From assembly GCA_963781585.1 (NCBI GenBank), contig CAWAGQ010000004.1, positions 608,001-672,000 on the forward strand: a DNA stretch of 64,000 nt, in the 5' to 3' direction. This document shows, piece by piece, positions 11,138-22,098 of the stretch. A model generated the notes under the pieces. The model was not told where the DNA came from, ran no database searches, and worked only from the letters and a program-made list of their open reading frames with translations. Source of the DNA: an uncultured Gemmatimonadaceae bacterium (GTDB lineage Bacteria; Gemmatimonadota; Gemmatimonadetes; Gemmatimonadales; Gemmatimonadaceae). The position numbers and the translations under genes were made by a program. Within the stretch, counting starts at the first letter, position 1; each line of letters starts with the position of its first letter.

Positions 11138-11667
11138 GCGGCCCTCCGTTTCCCGATCACCACGGCCCCGATGATGGCCACCAGCAGCAGGATGCTGGTC
11201 AGCTCGAACGCGAGCAGGTATTCGTGAAAGAGGGGCTTGGCCACCACACCCACCACGCCCAGGTCGCGGATTTCGGCGGCGGCATCCACCTGGGAGCGCA
11301 TCAGCGAGGGCGGGTAGTGCGCGCGAACGAGGATGAAGATCTGCGCCAGCAGCGCCAGTCCCACCAGCCCGGCCGCCAGCCGTCCCCACATGCCGCGGAT
11401 GTCGCTGATGTCGCTCGCCTGCCCGAGGTTGAGGAGCATGACCACGAATAGGAACACGACCATGATGGCGCCTGCATACACGATCACCTGAATGGCGCCG
11501 ATGAACTGGGCGTTCAGCATCACGTAGAGCACCGACAGACAGAACAGCACCACCACCAGCCAGAGCGCCGCCGCCACCGGACTGCGACGCGAAACGAACG
11601 CGATCGCCGATGCAATGGCGACCAGGCTGAAGAGGTAGAAGTTGAATTCGTAGAAGAAATTCGGCAT
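11134..11667 (-). CDS. nuoJ: NADH-quinone oxidoreductase subunit J
   Basis: [35 protein letters not shown]. Confidence 0.95.
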   Translation of the reverse strand: MPNFFYEFNFYLFSLVAIASAIAFVSRRSPVAAALWLVVVLFCLSVLYVMLNAQFIGAIQVIVYAGAIMVVFLFVVMLLNLGQASDISDIRGMWGRLAAGLVGLALLAQIFILVRAHYPPSLMRSQVDAAAEIRDLGVVGVVAKPLFHEYLLAFELTSILLLVAIIGAVVIGKRRAA

Positions 11668-11688
11668 GGCGTCAGGGCCGCGCGGAAC

Positions 11689-12186
11689 TCACTCGCCCCG
11701 CGGATCGGCCGGGTCCCACATTTCGCACACCGGATGCGTCTGCGCGGTGAGTCGCTCGAGGTCATAGACGAACCCCGCGCGACTGTACTCGGAGTTCTCG
11801 TAATGACGGCCCAGGTGGATGGCCTCCTCGGGGCAGACTTCCTGACAGTATCCGCAGAAGATGCAGCGGAACTCATCGATCTCGAACACCAGCGGAAACC
11901 GGTTGCCCTGCTCGTCCTCGCCCGGCACGAGTTTGATGCAATTGGCTGGGCACACCGTGGGACAGAGGCCGCACGCCACGCACTTGGCCTTGCCGTCCTC
12001 GGTGGTGAGCATGCGGTGGGTGCCACGCCAGCGCCGGGACAGCGGCTCACGTTCCTCCGGGTACTGGGTGGTGACTTTGTGGGGCCGGACCAGGTGGCGC
12101 ATGGTGTTCGCCATGCCCGACAGGGTCGCGCGCACGTAGCTGGCCTGCGGAATGGGGCGGTCGAGGACCTTCACCGTAATGGCCAT
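11689..12186 (-). CDS. nuoI: NADH-quinone oxidoreductase subunit I
   Basis: TTQYPEE and two CxxCxxCxxxCP 4Fe-4S motifs. Confidence 0.95.
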   Translation of the reverse strand: MAITVKVLDRPIPQASYVRATLSGMANTMRHLVRPHKVTTQYPEEREPLSRRWRGTHRMLTTEDGKAKCVACGLCPTVCPANCIKLVPGEDEQGNRFPLVFEIDEFRCIFCGYCQEVCPEEAIHLGRHYENSEYSRAGFVYDLERLTAQTHPVCEMWDPADPRGE

Positions 12187-13475
12187 CAGCGGCTGACTCG
12201 CTGCAGGAGGTGTTCGCGAATGGCGGTGGCGGCGCGGATCCGCGCCAGGCGCTCCTGCCCCACCCGCGAGTACGCGGGACTGATGATGCGGCCGCGGTCG
12301 AGCACGAAAAACAGCCCTGTCAGCAGGACGGCGTTCACCGCGAACAGGATCAGGGCGTAGGTCACGCCCCGGGTCAGCCCCGCCGCGTCGAGCGCCAGCA
12401 CCAGCGCGGCCGTCGCGGTGATGTAGCCCAGCGACAGCGGGAGCATCACCTTCCATCCCAGCGACATCAGCTGATCGTAGCGGAAGCGCGGCAGCGTCCA
12501 GCGGATCCAGATGAACGCGAACAGGAAGAAGCCGGTCTTGAGGGCGAAGATGAGACCGGAGAGCAGCACCTGGAGGAACGGCACCGCCTGGGTGTTGTCG
12601 CGCAGCGTGAATGGGATGTCCCAGCCCCCGAAGAACAGCGTCGCGATCAGGGCGCTGGCGGTCATCATGTTGGCATACTCGGCGATGAAGAACAGCGAGA
12701 ACTTCATCGCGCTGTATTCGGTGTGATAGCCGGTGATGAGTTCCGATTCGGCCTCGGGCAGGTCGAACGGCAGGCGGTTGGTTTCGGCGAACGAGGCCAC
12801 CAGAAACAGGAAGAACGACACCGCCAGCGTGAGCACATTCCAGAGGTGCATCGACGCCTGCTGATTCACGATCTCCCGCAGCGACACATTGCCGCTCAGC
12901 AGCAGGACCGGGATCAGCGACATGCCGAGCGCTACCTCGTACGAGATCATCTGGGCGCTCGAGCGCAACCCGCCCAGCAGGGCGTACTTGTTGTTGGACG
13001 ACCATCCGGCGAGGACGATGCCGTACACGCCTAACGACGACAGGGCGAGAATGAACAGGAACCCCACCGGCAGATCCGCCAGCACCATGTCGATCCGGCC
13101 CCACGGCGAGGCCCACGACGCGGCAAACGGGATCACCGCCCAGACCATCATCGCCGGGACGAAGCTCAGCATCGGCGCCAGCATGAACAGCGTCCGGTTG
13201 GCGTAGGGCGGCAGCGTCTCTTCCTTCATCATGTTCTTGAGCCCGTCCGCCAGCGGCTGAAACAGGCCCTGCGGTCCCACCCGGTTCGGACCGTGGCGAT
13301 CCTGGATCCAGGCCGAGATCCGCCGCTCGGCCAGCGTCAGGTACGCCACGCCGAGCAGGTAGACGGTGAAGAAGATCAGGAGCTTCACCAGCATGGCGAC
13401 AAACCAGGGCCCGAATCGCGGTGCGGCCTGCGGATCGGCCACCTGCAGCAGCAGGGCGAACGGCCAGGCACTCAT
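12186..13475 (-). CDS. nuoH: NADH-quinone oxidoreductase subunit H
   Basis: QDRHGPNRVGP, ETNRLPFDLPEAESEL, RWTLPRFRYDQLM. Confidence 0.95.
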   Translation of the reverse strand: MSAWPFALLLQVADPQAAPRFGPWFVAMLVKLLIFFTVYLLGVAYLTLAERRISAWIQDRHGPNRVGPQGLFQPLADGLKNMMKEETLPPYANRTLFMLAPMLSFVPAMMVWAVIPFAASWASPWGRIDMVLADLPVGFLFILALSSLGVYGIVLAGWSSNNKYALLGGLRSSAQMISYEVALGMSLIPVLLLSGNVSLREIVNQQASMHLWNVLTLAVSFFLFLVASFAETNRLPFDLPEAESELITGYHTEYSAMKFSLFFIAEYANMMTASALIATLFFGGWDIPFTLRDNTQAVPFLQVLLSGLIFALKTGFFLFAFIWIRWTLPRFRYDQLMSLGWKVMLPLSLGYITATAALVLALDAAGLTRGVTYALILFAVNAVLLTGLFFVLDRGRIISPAYSRVGQERLARIRAATAIREHLLQRVSR

Positions 13476-15040
13476 GGCGCGGCCTCCGCCAGCGCGTCGG
13501 CGACCGCCTGCCCCCGGAGACCTAACGACTCATAGGTCAGCCCGGCGAATGCCGGATGGGCGGCGGCGAGCGCGTCGAACACCTGCGATGCCACATAGTA
13601 CCGCGCCGGTTCCCCGAGCAGCGTCGCCAGATCGGCGAGGGCGTACCAGCTGGGACGCGCCAGCCCCGGCGCCGCCTTCGCCTGGAGGAATCGCTGCACC
13701 CGGCCGCGCAGATTCGTCAACGTCCCCTCTTCCTCCGCGCAGTTCGCGATCGGCAGCACCACGTCCGCCTTGTCCAGACCCTCCGGCATGGTGGTCGACA
13801 CCACCACCACCACCGCCGCCCTGGCCGCCGCCGCGCGCTCCGCCTCGCTCATCGGGTGGTCCACCACCAGCAGCGCGTCGCCGGCGTGCAGTCCGGACAG
13901 CGGCTGGTCGCTCCGCGTGAATCCCAGCAACTCGGCGCCACGCGCGTTGGCCGCCCGATCGGCACGCAGCGCGAGATCCTCCACCCCGGCCAGCGGCGCC
14001 TCCTCGCCCTGCGGAACGCGAAACGCCCCCGCCCCTCCCGTTCTTTCCGCCAGCCGCGCGAGCAGGAACAGCGCCTCGTTCGACAGATTCGGTGACGCCA
14101 GCACGAACAGGCGCTTCCCCTTCAGGACCCGCGTCGCGCCGTCCAGCGCCACCTCCCAATCGACCGCCTCGAACCCGGACGCGCCGAGGATGGCCGGCGC
14201 CTCCAGCCGGTCCCGCCGGTTCAGCCAGCGATAGTTCATGCGCCCGTGATCACACATGAAGAACGCGTTCACGTCCGCGTTCGAACGCGGGCGCAGGCGC
14301 ATCACCACGTTGTCGCGGGTCTCGACGACGATATTGCACCCCTGACTGCATCCGGTGCACACCGATGCCGCGCGATCCAGTTCCCAGGCGCGCGCCTTGT
14401 TCAGAAAGTCCTTGGACAGCAGGGCGCCCACCGGACAGAGGTCCACCACGTTGCCCGACCACGGGTGCGTCAGGTCCTTCCCTTCGAAGCGGCCGATGCA
14501 GGCCCGATCGCCCCGCTCGCTGACGTTCAGGACCGCCTCATCGGCGACGTCGTCCATGAATCGCACGCATCGTGTGCAGAGAATGCAGCGGTTCGGAACG
14601 TACAGGACGTCGCCGCCGAAATCCTCAACCGGATTGAACCGTTTCGGCTCGCGGTACCGCGAGTCGGCGCGTCCCTCCTGATACGTGTAGTCCTGCAACT
14701 CGCACTCGCCGGCCTGATCGCAGATGGGGCAGTCGAGCGGGTGGTTGATCAGGAGCATCTCGAGCACTCCGGTCCGCGCCTCGCGCGCCTTCGGCGTGTG
14801 CACGTGCACCACCTGCCCTTCCGCCACGTTGGTCGCACACGCCGGCGCGAGCTTCGGGGCCTTCTCCACTTCCACCAGGCACATCCGGCACACCCCCGCG
14901 ATGGGAAGGCCGGGGTGATAGCAGTAGTGCGGGATCAGCACGCCGACGGTCTTGGCCGCCTCGAGAATCGACGTTCCGGCCGGCACGCTTGCCGGGCGTC
15001 CCTCGATGGTCAGGTTGACGCGGGTGGAGTCGGCGCTCAT
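13472..15040 (-). CDS. nuoG: NADH-quinone oxidoreductase subunit G (short form, 522 aa)
   Basis: CYHP..CRMCLVE, NHPLDCPICDQAGECELQ, CILCTRCVR, CTGCSQGC. Confidence 0.93.
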   Translation of the reverse strand: MSADSTRVNLTIEGRPASVPAGTSILEAAKTVGVLIPHYCYHPGLPIAGVCRMCLVEVEKAPKLAPACATNVAEGQVVHVHTPKAREARTGVLEMLLINHPLDCPICDQAGECELQDYTYQEGRADSRYREPKRFNPVEDFGGDVLYVPNRCILCTRCVRFMDDVADEAVLNVSERGDRACIGRFEGKDLTHPWSGNVVDLCPVGALLSKDFLNKARAWELDRAASVCTGCSQGCNIVVETRDNVVMRLRPRSNADVNAFFMCDHGRMNYRWLNRRDRLEAPAILGASGFEAVDWEVALDGATRVLKGKRLFVLASPNLSNEALFLLARLAERTGGAGAFRVPQGEEAPLAGVEDLALRADRAANARGAELLGFTRSDQPLSGLHAGDALLVVDHPMSEAERAAAARAAVVVVVSTTMPEGLDKADVVLPIANCAEEEGTLTNLRGRVQRFLQAKAAPGLARPSWYALADLATLLGEPARYYVASQVFDALAAAHPAFAGLTYESLGLRGQAVADALAEAAP

Positions 15041-16356
15041 CAGCTGGCGATTACGGGCACGGCGTGAACCGTCTTGCGGGTGATCAGGGCCTCGAACTCA
15101 GGACGGAACTTCTGAATGCCCGACACCACCGGAGCCGCACACGAATCGCTCAGCACACAGATGGTCTTGCCGGTCATGTTCTCGGAGATGTCGAGCAGCG
15201 TGTCGAGGTCTTCGGCGGTGCCGTCGCCGGCCACGATCCGTTCCAGGATCTTGGTCGACCACGCCGTGCCCTCGCGGCACTGCGTGCACTGCGCACAGCT
15301 CTCGTGGGCGTAGAAACGCGCCAGCCGCGCGATCTGCTTCGGCATGCTCTGCGCGTCATCGAACACGATGCATCCGGCCGATCCCAGCATCGTCCCGGCG
15401 GCCACCATGCCCTCATAGTCCATCGGCGCGCTCTCCGCTTCCTCCATGGTGATGATCGGTACCGACGATCCGCCGGGGATGACCGCCTTGAACCGGCGGC
15501 CGGGCGGCGGGCCACCACAGACTTCGCGCAGGAACTCCCCGAACGGGAATCCCATCTCCACTTCATAGTTTCCGGGGCGCGCCACGTTGCCGCAGACCGA
15601 CCAGAGCTTGGTGCCGGTGCTCTTCGGGTTGTCGGGCCGGGACATCTTCCTGTACCAGTCCGCTCCCTGCACGAGGATGTGCGGCACCGCCGCCAGCGTC
15701 TCCACATTGTTGATGGTCGTGGGCATGGAGAACACGCCCGAGACCGCCGGAAACGGCGGCTTGATGCGCGGATTGCCGCGCTTGCCCTCGATCGAGTTCA
15801 TCAGGGCCGTTTCTTCGCCGCAGATGTACGCGCCCGCGCCCTTGTGCACCCACATGTTCACCGTGTGCCCCGATCCCATGGCATTCGGGCCGATGATGCC
15901 GGCCCGCCGCGCCTCTTCGAGCGCGGATTCCATCTTCTGCAACGGCTCGGTGAACTCGCCGCGGATGTAGATGTAGGTCCTCTCGGCGCCGATGGCGTGG
16001 GCGGCGATCGCGCATCCCTCGATCAGCGCGTGCGGTGTCCACCGCATGATTTCGCGATCCTTGAACGTGCCCGGCTCGGACTCGTCGGCGTTGCAGCAAA
16101 GATAGTGTGGCTTGCCGTCGCCAAGCTTCATGAACGACCATTTGAGTCCGGTCGGAAAGCCCGCGCCGCCGCGGCCGCGGAGTCCCGATTCCTTCACCAC
16201 GTTCTGGACCGCAACCGGGTCCATACCCAGCGCCTGCTCGAGGGCGCGATACCCGCCCCGCTTTTTCCAACCGGCCAGCGTGACCGCCTCGGCGTCGCCG
16301 AAGTGCGGCGACAGCACCAGCGTCTCGCGGGGGTGAGGTCTGTGAGGAAAGCCCAT
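15040..16356 (-). CDS. nuoF: NADH-quinone oxidoreductase subunit F
   Basis: GLRGRGGAGFPTG, NADESEPGTFKDR, ESCAQCTQCREG; in-frame GTG at 16422 is an alternative start. Confidence 0.95.
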   Translation of the reverse strand: MGFPHRPHPRETLVLSPHFGDAEAVTLAGWKKRGGYRALEQALGMDPVAVQNVVKESGLRGRGGAGFPTGLKWSFMKLGDGKPHYLCCNADESEPGTFKDREIMRWTPHALIEGCAIAAHAIGAERTYIYIRGEFTEPLQKMESALEEARRAGIIGPNAMGSGHTVNMWVHKGAGAYICGEETALMNSIEGKRGNPRIKPPFPAVSGVFSMPTTINNVETLAAVPHILVQGADWYRKMSRPDNPKSTGTKLWSVCGNVARPGNYEVEMGFPFGEFLREVCGGPPPGRRFKAVIPGGSSVPIITMEEAESAPMDYEGMVAAGTMLGSAGCIVFDDAQSMPKQIARLARFYAHESCAQCTQCREGTAWSTKILERIVAGDGTAEDLDTLLDISENMTGKTICVLSDSCAAPVVSGIQKFRPEFEALITRKTVHAVPVIAS

Positions 16357-16418
16357 GTGCCAGTCGGGAATGTGGAAAACGGATTCGCCCCAGAAATCGA
16401 ATGCGCGCGTCGCGCGCG

Positions 16419-16985
16419 TCACGCCGGTCCTTCGCCCTCCACTCTTTTCAGGATGTCGGGAACCGATGCTGCGGTCACTGATTCGATGAACTCTGAATTG
16501 ATCATCACCGGAGTGGCGAATCCGCACGCGCCCAGACATTCCACTTCGATGACCGTGTACTTGCCGTCACTCGACGTCACGCCGAGTTCGCCACATCCGG
16601 TGTGCTCGAGAAACGCCTTCACCACGTCTTCGGCGCCACACACATTGCATGGCGAGGTGGTGCACACCTGGATGAAGTGTCGTCCTACCGGGTGCTGATG
16701 GTACATCGTGTAGAACGTGACCACGCCCTTCACGTAGGCCGCGGTAAGTCCCAGTACGTCGCCTACCTCGGCCATGGCGGCGTCGGAGATCCAGCCGCGC
16801 GCCTCCTGCACCATCCACAGCGCCGGAAGGAGGGCCGCCGCCTTCGTGGGATAGCGGGTCAGCAGGTCGTCGAGCCTGACCCGCTCCTCGCTGCCGGTGG
16901 TAAACACCGGTGCGTACGCTTCCGCGTGGTGCGACCCGGCCGCCTTCGGCACGGCGCCGCCTGCGGCGGAGGGACCGTGGCTCAT
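16419..16985 (-). CDS. nuoE: NADH-quinone oxidoreductase subunit E
   Basis: VVTFYTMY, VCTTSPC, VECLGACGFA 2Fe-2S ligands. Confidence 0.95.
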   Translation of the reverse strand: MSHGPSAAGGAVPKAAGSHHAEAYAPVFTTGSEERVRLDDLLTRYPTKAAALLPALWMVQEARGWISDAAMAEVGDVLGLTAAYVKGVVTFYTMYHQHPVGRHFIQVCTTSPCNVCGAEDVVKAFLEHTGCGELGVTSSDGKYTVIEVECLGACGFATPVMINSEFIESVTAASVPDILKRVEGEGPA

Positions 16986-17031
16986 GGGGTGCCGCCCGGC
17001 GTCAGGCGCCTGAGGGTCGTGATCGCGTCGC

Positions 17032-18342
17032 TCATCGATCGATCTCTCCCATGACGATGTCGATGCTCGCGTTGATGGCGATCACGTCGGACAGCAGGTG
17101 GCCCTCCGCCATCCGCGAGATCGCCGACAGGTTCACGAACGATGGCGGCCGGATGCGCCAGCGCACCGGCTTGGGCGTGCCGTCGGAAACAAAGTAGTAG
17201 CCCTTCTCGCCCTTGGGACTCTCCACCGGCACGTACACCTCGCCGATTGGCGGGCGCGGGCCTTCCATCACCTGCTTGAAGTGATGGATCATCGATTCCA
17301 TCTCGGTGGTGGCCTTGGTCTTGGTGGGCAGGATGACCCGGGGGTCGTCCACGTTCACCGGCCCGTCGGGCAGCCGGTCGGCCGCCTGTTTCAGGATGCG
17401 CACCGATTGCCGCAGCTCCTCCATGCGCACCAGGAAACGATCGTACACATCTCCGCTGGTGCCCACCGGAACCTCGAAGTCGTAGGTCTCGTAGTCCAGA
17501 TAGGGAAAGTCCTTTCTGACGTCGTACGCCACACCCGACGCCCGGACCATCGCGCCCGACAGGCCGTAGTTCACGGCCTCCTCGGCATTCATCGCCCCCA
17601 CCCCCGCCGTGCGCCCCACCCAGATGCCGTTGCGCGTCACCATCCGGTCGCATTCGTCGATCGTCTTCGGCAGCGTTCCGATGAAGTCGCTCAGCCCGTC
17701 CATCCAGCCGACCGGGATGTCGGCTCCCATGCCGCCTACCCGGGTGAGCGTGGTGGTGAGGCGCGCGCCGATCCACTGTTCGAGCAGCATGTACACGCGC
17801 TCCCGTTCCTGAAACGACCACAGGAACGGAGTGAAGGCGCCGATGTCGATGCAGGTTGTTCCCAGCCACACCAGATGGGAGATGATGCGCGACAGCTCCA
17901 GCGCGATCACCCGCAGGACCTTGCATCGCTCGGTGATCTCGATGCCGAAGAGACGCTCCGCGCCTAACGCGAAGGCGACGTTGTTGCCCGGCGAGTTGAG
18001 ATAGTCCTCGCGATCGGTCCAGGGAATGATCTGGTTGTACTGCCGGTACTCCCCCATCTTCTCGAACCCGCAGTGCAGGTACCCGATGTGCGGGATGCAG
18101 CGCACCACAGTCTCCCCGTCGAGCTCCAGCACCAGTCGCAGCACTCCGTGGGTGGCCGGGTGCTGAGGGCCGAGGTTGATGAGCATGTGCTCGCCCTCGA
18201 GTTCGGGCTCCAGGTCCGGAGCCGCCTCGATTGTGGTCACCTGCCCTTCCTCGTCCACCACCAGCGGAACGCGATGGGGTCTCCCGTGCGCGTCCAGCCC
18301 CGACGTGCCCAGTGCCACTTCGATCGTACGGGTTTCGGCCAT
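17032..18342 (-). CDS. nuoD: NADH-quinone oxidoreductase subunit D
   Basis: GPQHPATHGVLRL, ESPKGE, DIVMGEIDR. Confidence 0.95.
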   Translation of the reverse strand: MAETRTIEVALGTSGLDAHGRPHRVPLVVDEEGQVTTIEAAPDLEPELEGEHMLINLGPQHPATHGVLRLVLELDGETVVRCIPHIGYLHCGFEKMGEYRQYNQIIPWTDREDYLNSPGNNVAFALGAERLFGIEITERCKVLRVIALELSRIISHLVWLGTTCIDIGAFTPFLWSFQERERVYMLLEQWIGARLTTTLTRVGGMGADIPVGWMDGLSDFIGTLPKTIDECDRMVTRNGIWVGRTAGVGAMNAEEAVNYGLSGAMVRASGVAYDVRKDFPYLDYETYDFEVPVGTSGDVYDRFLVRMEELRQSVRILKQAADRLPDGPVNVDDPRVILPTKTKATTEMESMIHHFKQVMEGPRPPIGEVYVPVESPKGEKGYYFVSDGTPKPVRWRIRPPSFVNLSAISRMAEGHLLSDVIAINASIDIVMGEIDR

Positions 18343-18345
18343 CCG

Positions 18346-19041
18346 CTACTCCCCCGTCCGTTCGCCCTGCGCCAGACGCTGCCGCATGTCGAGCGGCAGG
18401 TGCTCGTACGCGTCGGCGATACTCAGCTCGTCCAGGGAGTAGCGTGACTCCGGCTGCGCCGCCAACGCCTGGCGCAACTGCTCCGATCGCGAGAACCGCC
18501 CGCGCAGCGGAAAATCCTTGCGCAGCGGAAAGCCCTCGGCGTACTGCTCCCACATCAGGATCCGCCGCAGATCGGGATGCCCTTCGAACTCGATGCCGAA
18601 CATGTCGTAGCACTCGCGCTCCAGCCAGTCCGCGCCCCGATAGACTGGCCAGACACTCGGAACGCGCAGCGGCGCACCCCTCGGCAATTCCGCTTTCAGC
18701 CTCAGAAAACGCCGATGCGGGAGAGACCGGAGGTGCCACACCACCTGCAACGGCAATTCGCCGTCACGAAACTCCACGGCCGTGACGTCCACCAGGTAGT
18801 CGTACTGCTCGGCCAGGTCGTCGTGCAGATACCGCACCACGTCGAGCACGTGGTCGGCACGCACATATACGGAGGTGTCGCCCCAGACCACTTCCGCGCG
18901 GATGAAACCCGCGGCGAAGCGCGCGCGAATGCGGTCCGCGCTGGGATTCATGGGGCCGCCGCGGTGCGGTACCTTCCGGGGCGTCGCCGGCACCTGCTCG
19001 GGCGACGCACTCCCCGGTGCGACGAAAGAGGCCGCGTTCAC
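18346..19041 (-). CDS. nuoC: NADH-quinone oxidoreductase subunit C
   Basis: [36 protein letters not shown] overlap with the nuoB stop. Confidence 0.93.
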   Translation of the reverse strand: MNAASFVAPGSASPEQVPATPRKVPHRGGPMNPSADRIRARFAAGFIRAEVVWGDTSVYVRADHVLDVVRYLHDDLAEQYDYLVDVTAVEFRDGELPLQVVWHLRSLPHRRFLRLKAELPRGAPLRVPSVWPVYRGADWLERECYDMFGIEFEGHPDLRRILMWEQYAEGFPLRKDFPLRGRFSRSEQLRQALAAQPESRYSLDELSIADAYEHLPLDMRQRLAQGERTGE

Positions 19042-19664
19042 AGGCCGGATCGGGTCTGTTGCACCGAGTTGCCGAACGGTTCGGACAGCTCGTCGATCGT
19101 CGGCGGCGGGATGTAGAGTCGGCTGGACGGATCCGGTTCCATCTCGTTCCGAAGCGTCCGATCTGTCATTCGCTCGCGCTTCACCTTCTCCTGCAGCATC
19201 AGGATGCCGTAGATCAGCCCCTCGGGGCGCGGAGGGCAGCCCGGCACGTAGACGTCCACCGGGACGATCGTATCGATACCCTGCACGACCGCGTAGTTGT
19301 CGAACATGCCGCCTGACGAGGCGCACGCTCCCATCGAAATGCACCACTTGGGCTGCGGCATCTGCTGCCAGATGCGACGCAGAACCGGCGCGAGCTTGAA
19401 CGGCACCCGGCCCGCGCAAATGAACACGTCCGCCTGTCGCGGCGAGAACGACATCCGCTCCATGCCGAAACGGGCCAGGTCGAACTTGCTCGCGGCGGTG
19501 GCCATGAATTCGATTGCGCAACAGGCGGTGCCGAAAGGCATCGGCCACAGCGAGTTGGCGCGCGCCCAGTTCACCAGGAAGTCCAACCGGGTGGTAACCC
19601 ACCCCTGCTGGCTCGGCGGTTCGACGATCGCCCGCGATCCGTCGGGCTGCGCCGTCAGTCCCAC
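19038..19664 (-). CDS. nuoB: NADH-quinone oxidoreductase subunit B
   Basis: [27 protein letters not shown]. Confidence 0.95.
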   Translation of the reverse strand: MGLTAQPDGSRAIVEPPSQQGWVTTRLDFLVNWARANSLWPMPFGTACCAIEFMATAASKFDLARFGMERMSFSPRQADVFICAGRVPFKLAPVLRRIWQQMPQPKWCISMGACASSGGMFDNYAVVQGIDTIVPVDVYVPGCPPRPEGLIYGILMLQEKVKRERMTDRTLRNEMEPDPSSRLYIPPPTIDELSEPFGNSVQQTRSGL

Positions 19665-20059
19665 TGCAATGCCCCCTTCTTCCACACGTACACGAATCCG
19701 ACGAGCAGAATCACGATGAACACCAGCATCTCTCCGAACCCGAAAAATGAGACCTGCCCCGGCGGACAGGCGCCACCGGTGAGCGGGACTCCGCAGGAGA
19801 GCTGGCGATAGTACACACCCCACGGGATCATGAACATGGTCTCGATGTCGAAGATGATGAACAACATCGCCACCATGTAGAACTTCACCGAGAACCGCTC
19901 GCGCGCATCGCCGATCGGGGGGATGCCGGATTCGTACGGCGTATCCTTGACCGGCGTGGGACGATGCCGGAGCGTGAGGTGCGACAGCGCAACCATCCCC
20001 ACCGCGTTCACGATCACGAACCCCAGCAGAAACAGTATGGGCAGGTAGGTGCGATCCAT
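19655..20059 (-). CDS. nuoA: NADH-quinone oxidoreductase subunit A
   Basis: [28 protein letters not shown]. Confidence 0.95.
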   Translation of the reverse strand: MDRTYLPILFLLGFVIVNAVGMVALSHLTLRHRPTPVKDTPYESGIPPIGDARERFSVKFYMVAMLFIIFDIETMFMIPWGVYYRQLSCGVPLTGGACPPGQVSFFGFGEMLVFIVILLVGFVYVWKKGALQWD

Positions 20060-20436
20060 CGCCCTCGGTGCTCGTGAAAAATTTCACTTGCGCAACTCGT
20101 TGAAACTATCTTGCGTTGCGAGAGAGTGTCAACGGAGAGGACCGCCTGTACGGCGACAGCGATTCGTCCTCGCGCCGTGGCTTCCGGGCGCGTCACCGCG
20201 CTCGGCGAAATCACCTCGGTGGGTCAGCGGTTGCCTTCGGGTGGGACCCGCCCCGAATGTCGCCTCGCTCACGCGGTGCGCATGGTTCGTCGCGAGAGTC
20301 CACAGCCGCCGCGCACGGAGTTACCTTAGGCGCTGCCGCGGAGCGGGCAGAACGGTTGCGCGCCTTCCGGAGCTCTCGAACAGGAGTATCGCGGCGTTAC
20401 CCTTTGGCCTCCGGCCCATGGCCTCAGCCCCACCCC

Positions 20437-20991
20437 ATGTCGATTCAGAACGACCGCTGGATCATCGAGATGGCGACGCACCAGGGGATGATCGATCCCT
20501 TTGAGCAGTGTCAGGTGCGGCAGGGCGTCATTTCGTATGGGGTCAGCTCGTATGGGTACGACATGCGCGTGGCGAGTGAGTTCCGCATCTTCACCAACGT
20601 CCTCAGCTCGGTCGTTGACCCCAAGAATTTCGATCCGCGATCGTTCGTGGAGTTCGAGGGGGACGTGTGCATCGTGCCCCCCAATTCGTTCGCGCTGGCT
20701 CGTTCGGTGGAGTATTTCCGCATTCCGCGCGACGTGGTGACCATCACCGTGGGCAAGTCGACCTACGCGCGCTGCGGGATCATTACCAATGTCACGCCCT
20801 TCGAGCCGGAGTGGGAGGGATACGTGACCCTGGAGATCTCAAATACCACCCCGCTTCCCGCCAAGATCTACGCGAACGAGGGGATCGCTCAGGTGCTCTT
20901 CTTCCGGGGTGAGGAGGCGCCTGCCGTGTCGTACAAGGACAAGAAGGGCAAGTATCAGGGCCAGAAGGGTGTCACCCTCCCCAAGCTCTGA
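20437..20991 (+). CDS. dcd: dCTP deaminase
   Basis: [30 protein letters not shown]. Confidence 0.95.
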   Translation: MSIQNDRWIIEMATHQGMIDPFEQCQVRQGVISYGVSSYGYDMRVASEFRIFTNVLSSVVDPKNFDPRSFVEFEGDVCIVPPNSFALARSVEYFRIPRDVVTITVGKSTYARCGIITNVTPFEPEWEGYVTLEISNTTPLPAKIYANEGIAQVLFFRGEEAPAVSYKDKKGKYQGQKGVTLPKL

Positions 20992-21390
20992 TCCAGCGGT
21001 TGGCGAGCCCTGTTCGTCTGGCGCCGGGGGTGCTTGCGCGGTATGATCTGGTCCGACAGGCACCGCCGGTAAAGCGGAGCTTTTCGGATAGTGCGGTGTG
21101 GTGTGTCAAGGAGTGCTTTGCTTTCAGGCCGGCCGCCTCGGGTTGACTGGCCGGCCAGCCGTGACCAACCGACGGTCCGCTGTCAGCGCAAAAATCGTCT
21201 CTGCAGCGCAATTCCCTGTTGCGCCGAAGGTTGCCACGATTCAGAATTGTCGCGCGTATGACTTGACGTCGTTAGTGAGGCTCGCTGCAGCCAGATCCTT
21301 GTGGCCCCCATTCAGCCGGAGCGCGCACGAAGACAGCTGCTGTCCGGACGATACGCGCAACGGCGGTCCCGCTATGAAACGGAGGTGTAC

Positions 21391-21942
21391 ATGAAGCGAC
21401 TCGTAAGCTGCTGCTCAGTGCTGGCCGTGCTGGTCCTTGTGTCGAGTACCGCAAACGCGCAGCGGAGTCTCACCGGAATGGTCGGGTTGGGCGCGGACAT
21501 TGCCACAACCGATTACAAAGACGCCGACAGCGCGAAGACCGGATACCAGCTCATGGCCGGCTTGGAATGTCCACTCATCGGCAGCCACGCCTCGCTCCGC
21601 GTCGACGGCATGGTCGGATGGAACGCCCGCATGACGGAGTTTCGTGAAAGCACCTATCTGGCGAATGGCAACCTCCATCTGGTGCTCTGGATTCCGCTCA
21701 ACATGCCGTCGTTCCGGCCATACCTGATTGGCGGCGCCGGACTGATGTACAACAAGTACAATCCGGGCCAGACGGTCCATCACGCGCACTCGAAGACCGA
21801 GGCCGTGTACGGCGGTGGCGCCGGTGCCGAGATCGGAATTGCTGGCGTGAGAGCCTTCGTCGAGGGCAGGTACGACTACGGCGCCGACCTCACGCGCATC
21901 ATCCCCATTATCGTCGGCCTTAGGTTCAACAGCGGTTCCTGA
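21391..21942 (+). CDS. Small outer-membrane beta-barrel protein (OmpA/OmpW-like)
   Basis: GGAGG RBS, signal peptide, amphipathic strands (RPYLIGGAG, FVEGRY), C-terminal VGLRF. Confidence 0.8.
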   Translation: MKRLVSCCSVLAVLVLVSSTANAQRSLTGMVGLGADIATTDYKDADSAKTGYQLMAGLECPLIGSHASLRVDGMVGWNARMTEFRESTYLANGNLHLVLWIPLNMPSFRPYLIGGAGLMYNKYNPGQTVHHAHSKTEAVYGGGAGAEIGIAGVRAFVEGRYDYGADLTRIIPIIVGLRFNSGS

Positions 21943-21970
21943 TCGTCGCTTCGGCTCCGCAAATCTTCCG

Positions 21971-21994
21971 GGCCCCACCCAGCAGGGTGGGGCC
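21971..21994 (+). terminator. GC-rich hairpin, probable terminator between convergent genes
   Basis: GGCCCCACCC-AGCA-GGGTGGGGCC, perfect 10-bp stem. Confidence 0.6.
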
Positions 21995-22098
21995 TGCTGT
22001 TTCGCCGTACGGGCTCGGACCCGGGAGTTGGACGGCACCCAGCCCGGGGCGCTGGGCGTCCGCGTGCGTGACTCGAGTTCCCGCGTTCGGAGGCCCTG

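Noticed and set aside
5419..19400. Long plus-strand ORFs (e.g. 5419-7149, 8628-11174, 15064-16698)
   Set aside because: Antisense shadows of nuo genes in GC-rich DNA, with no protein motifs
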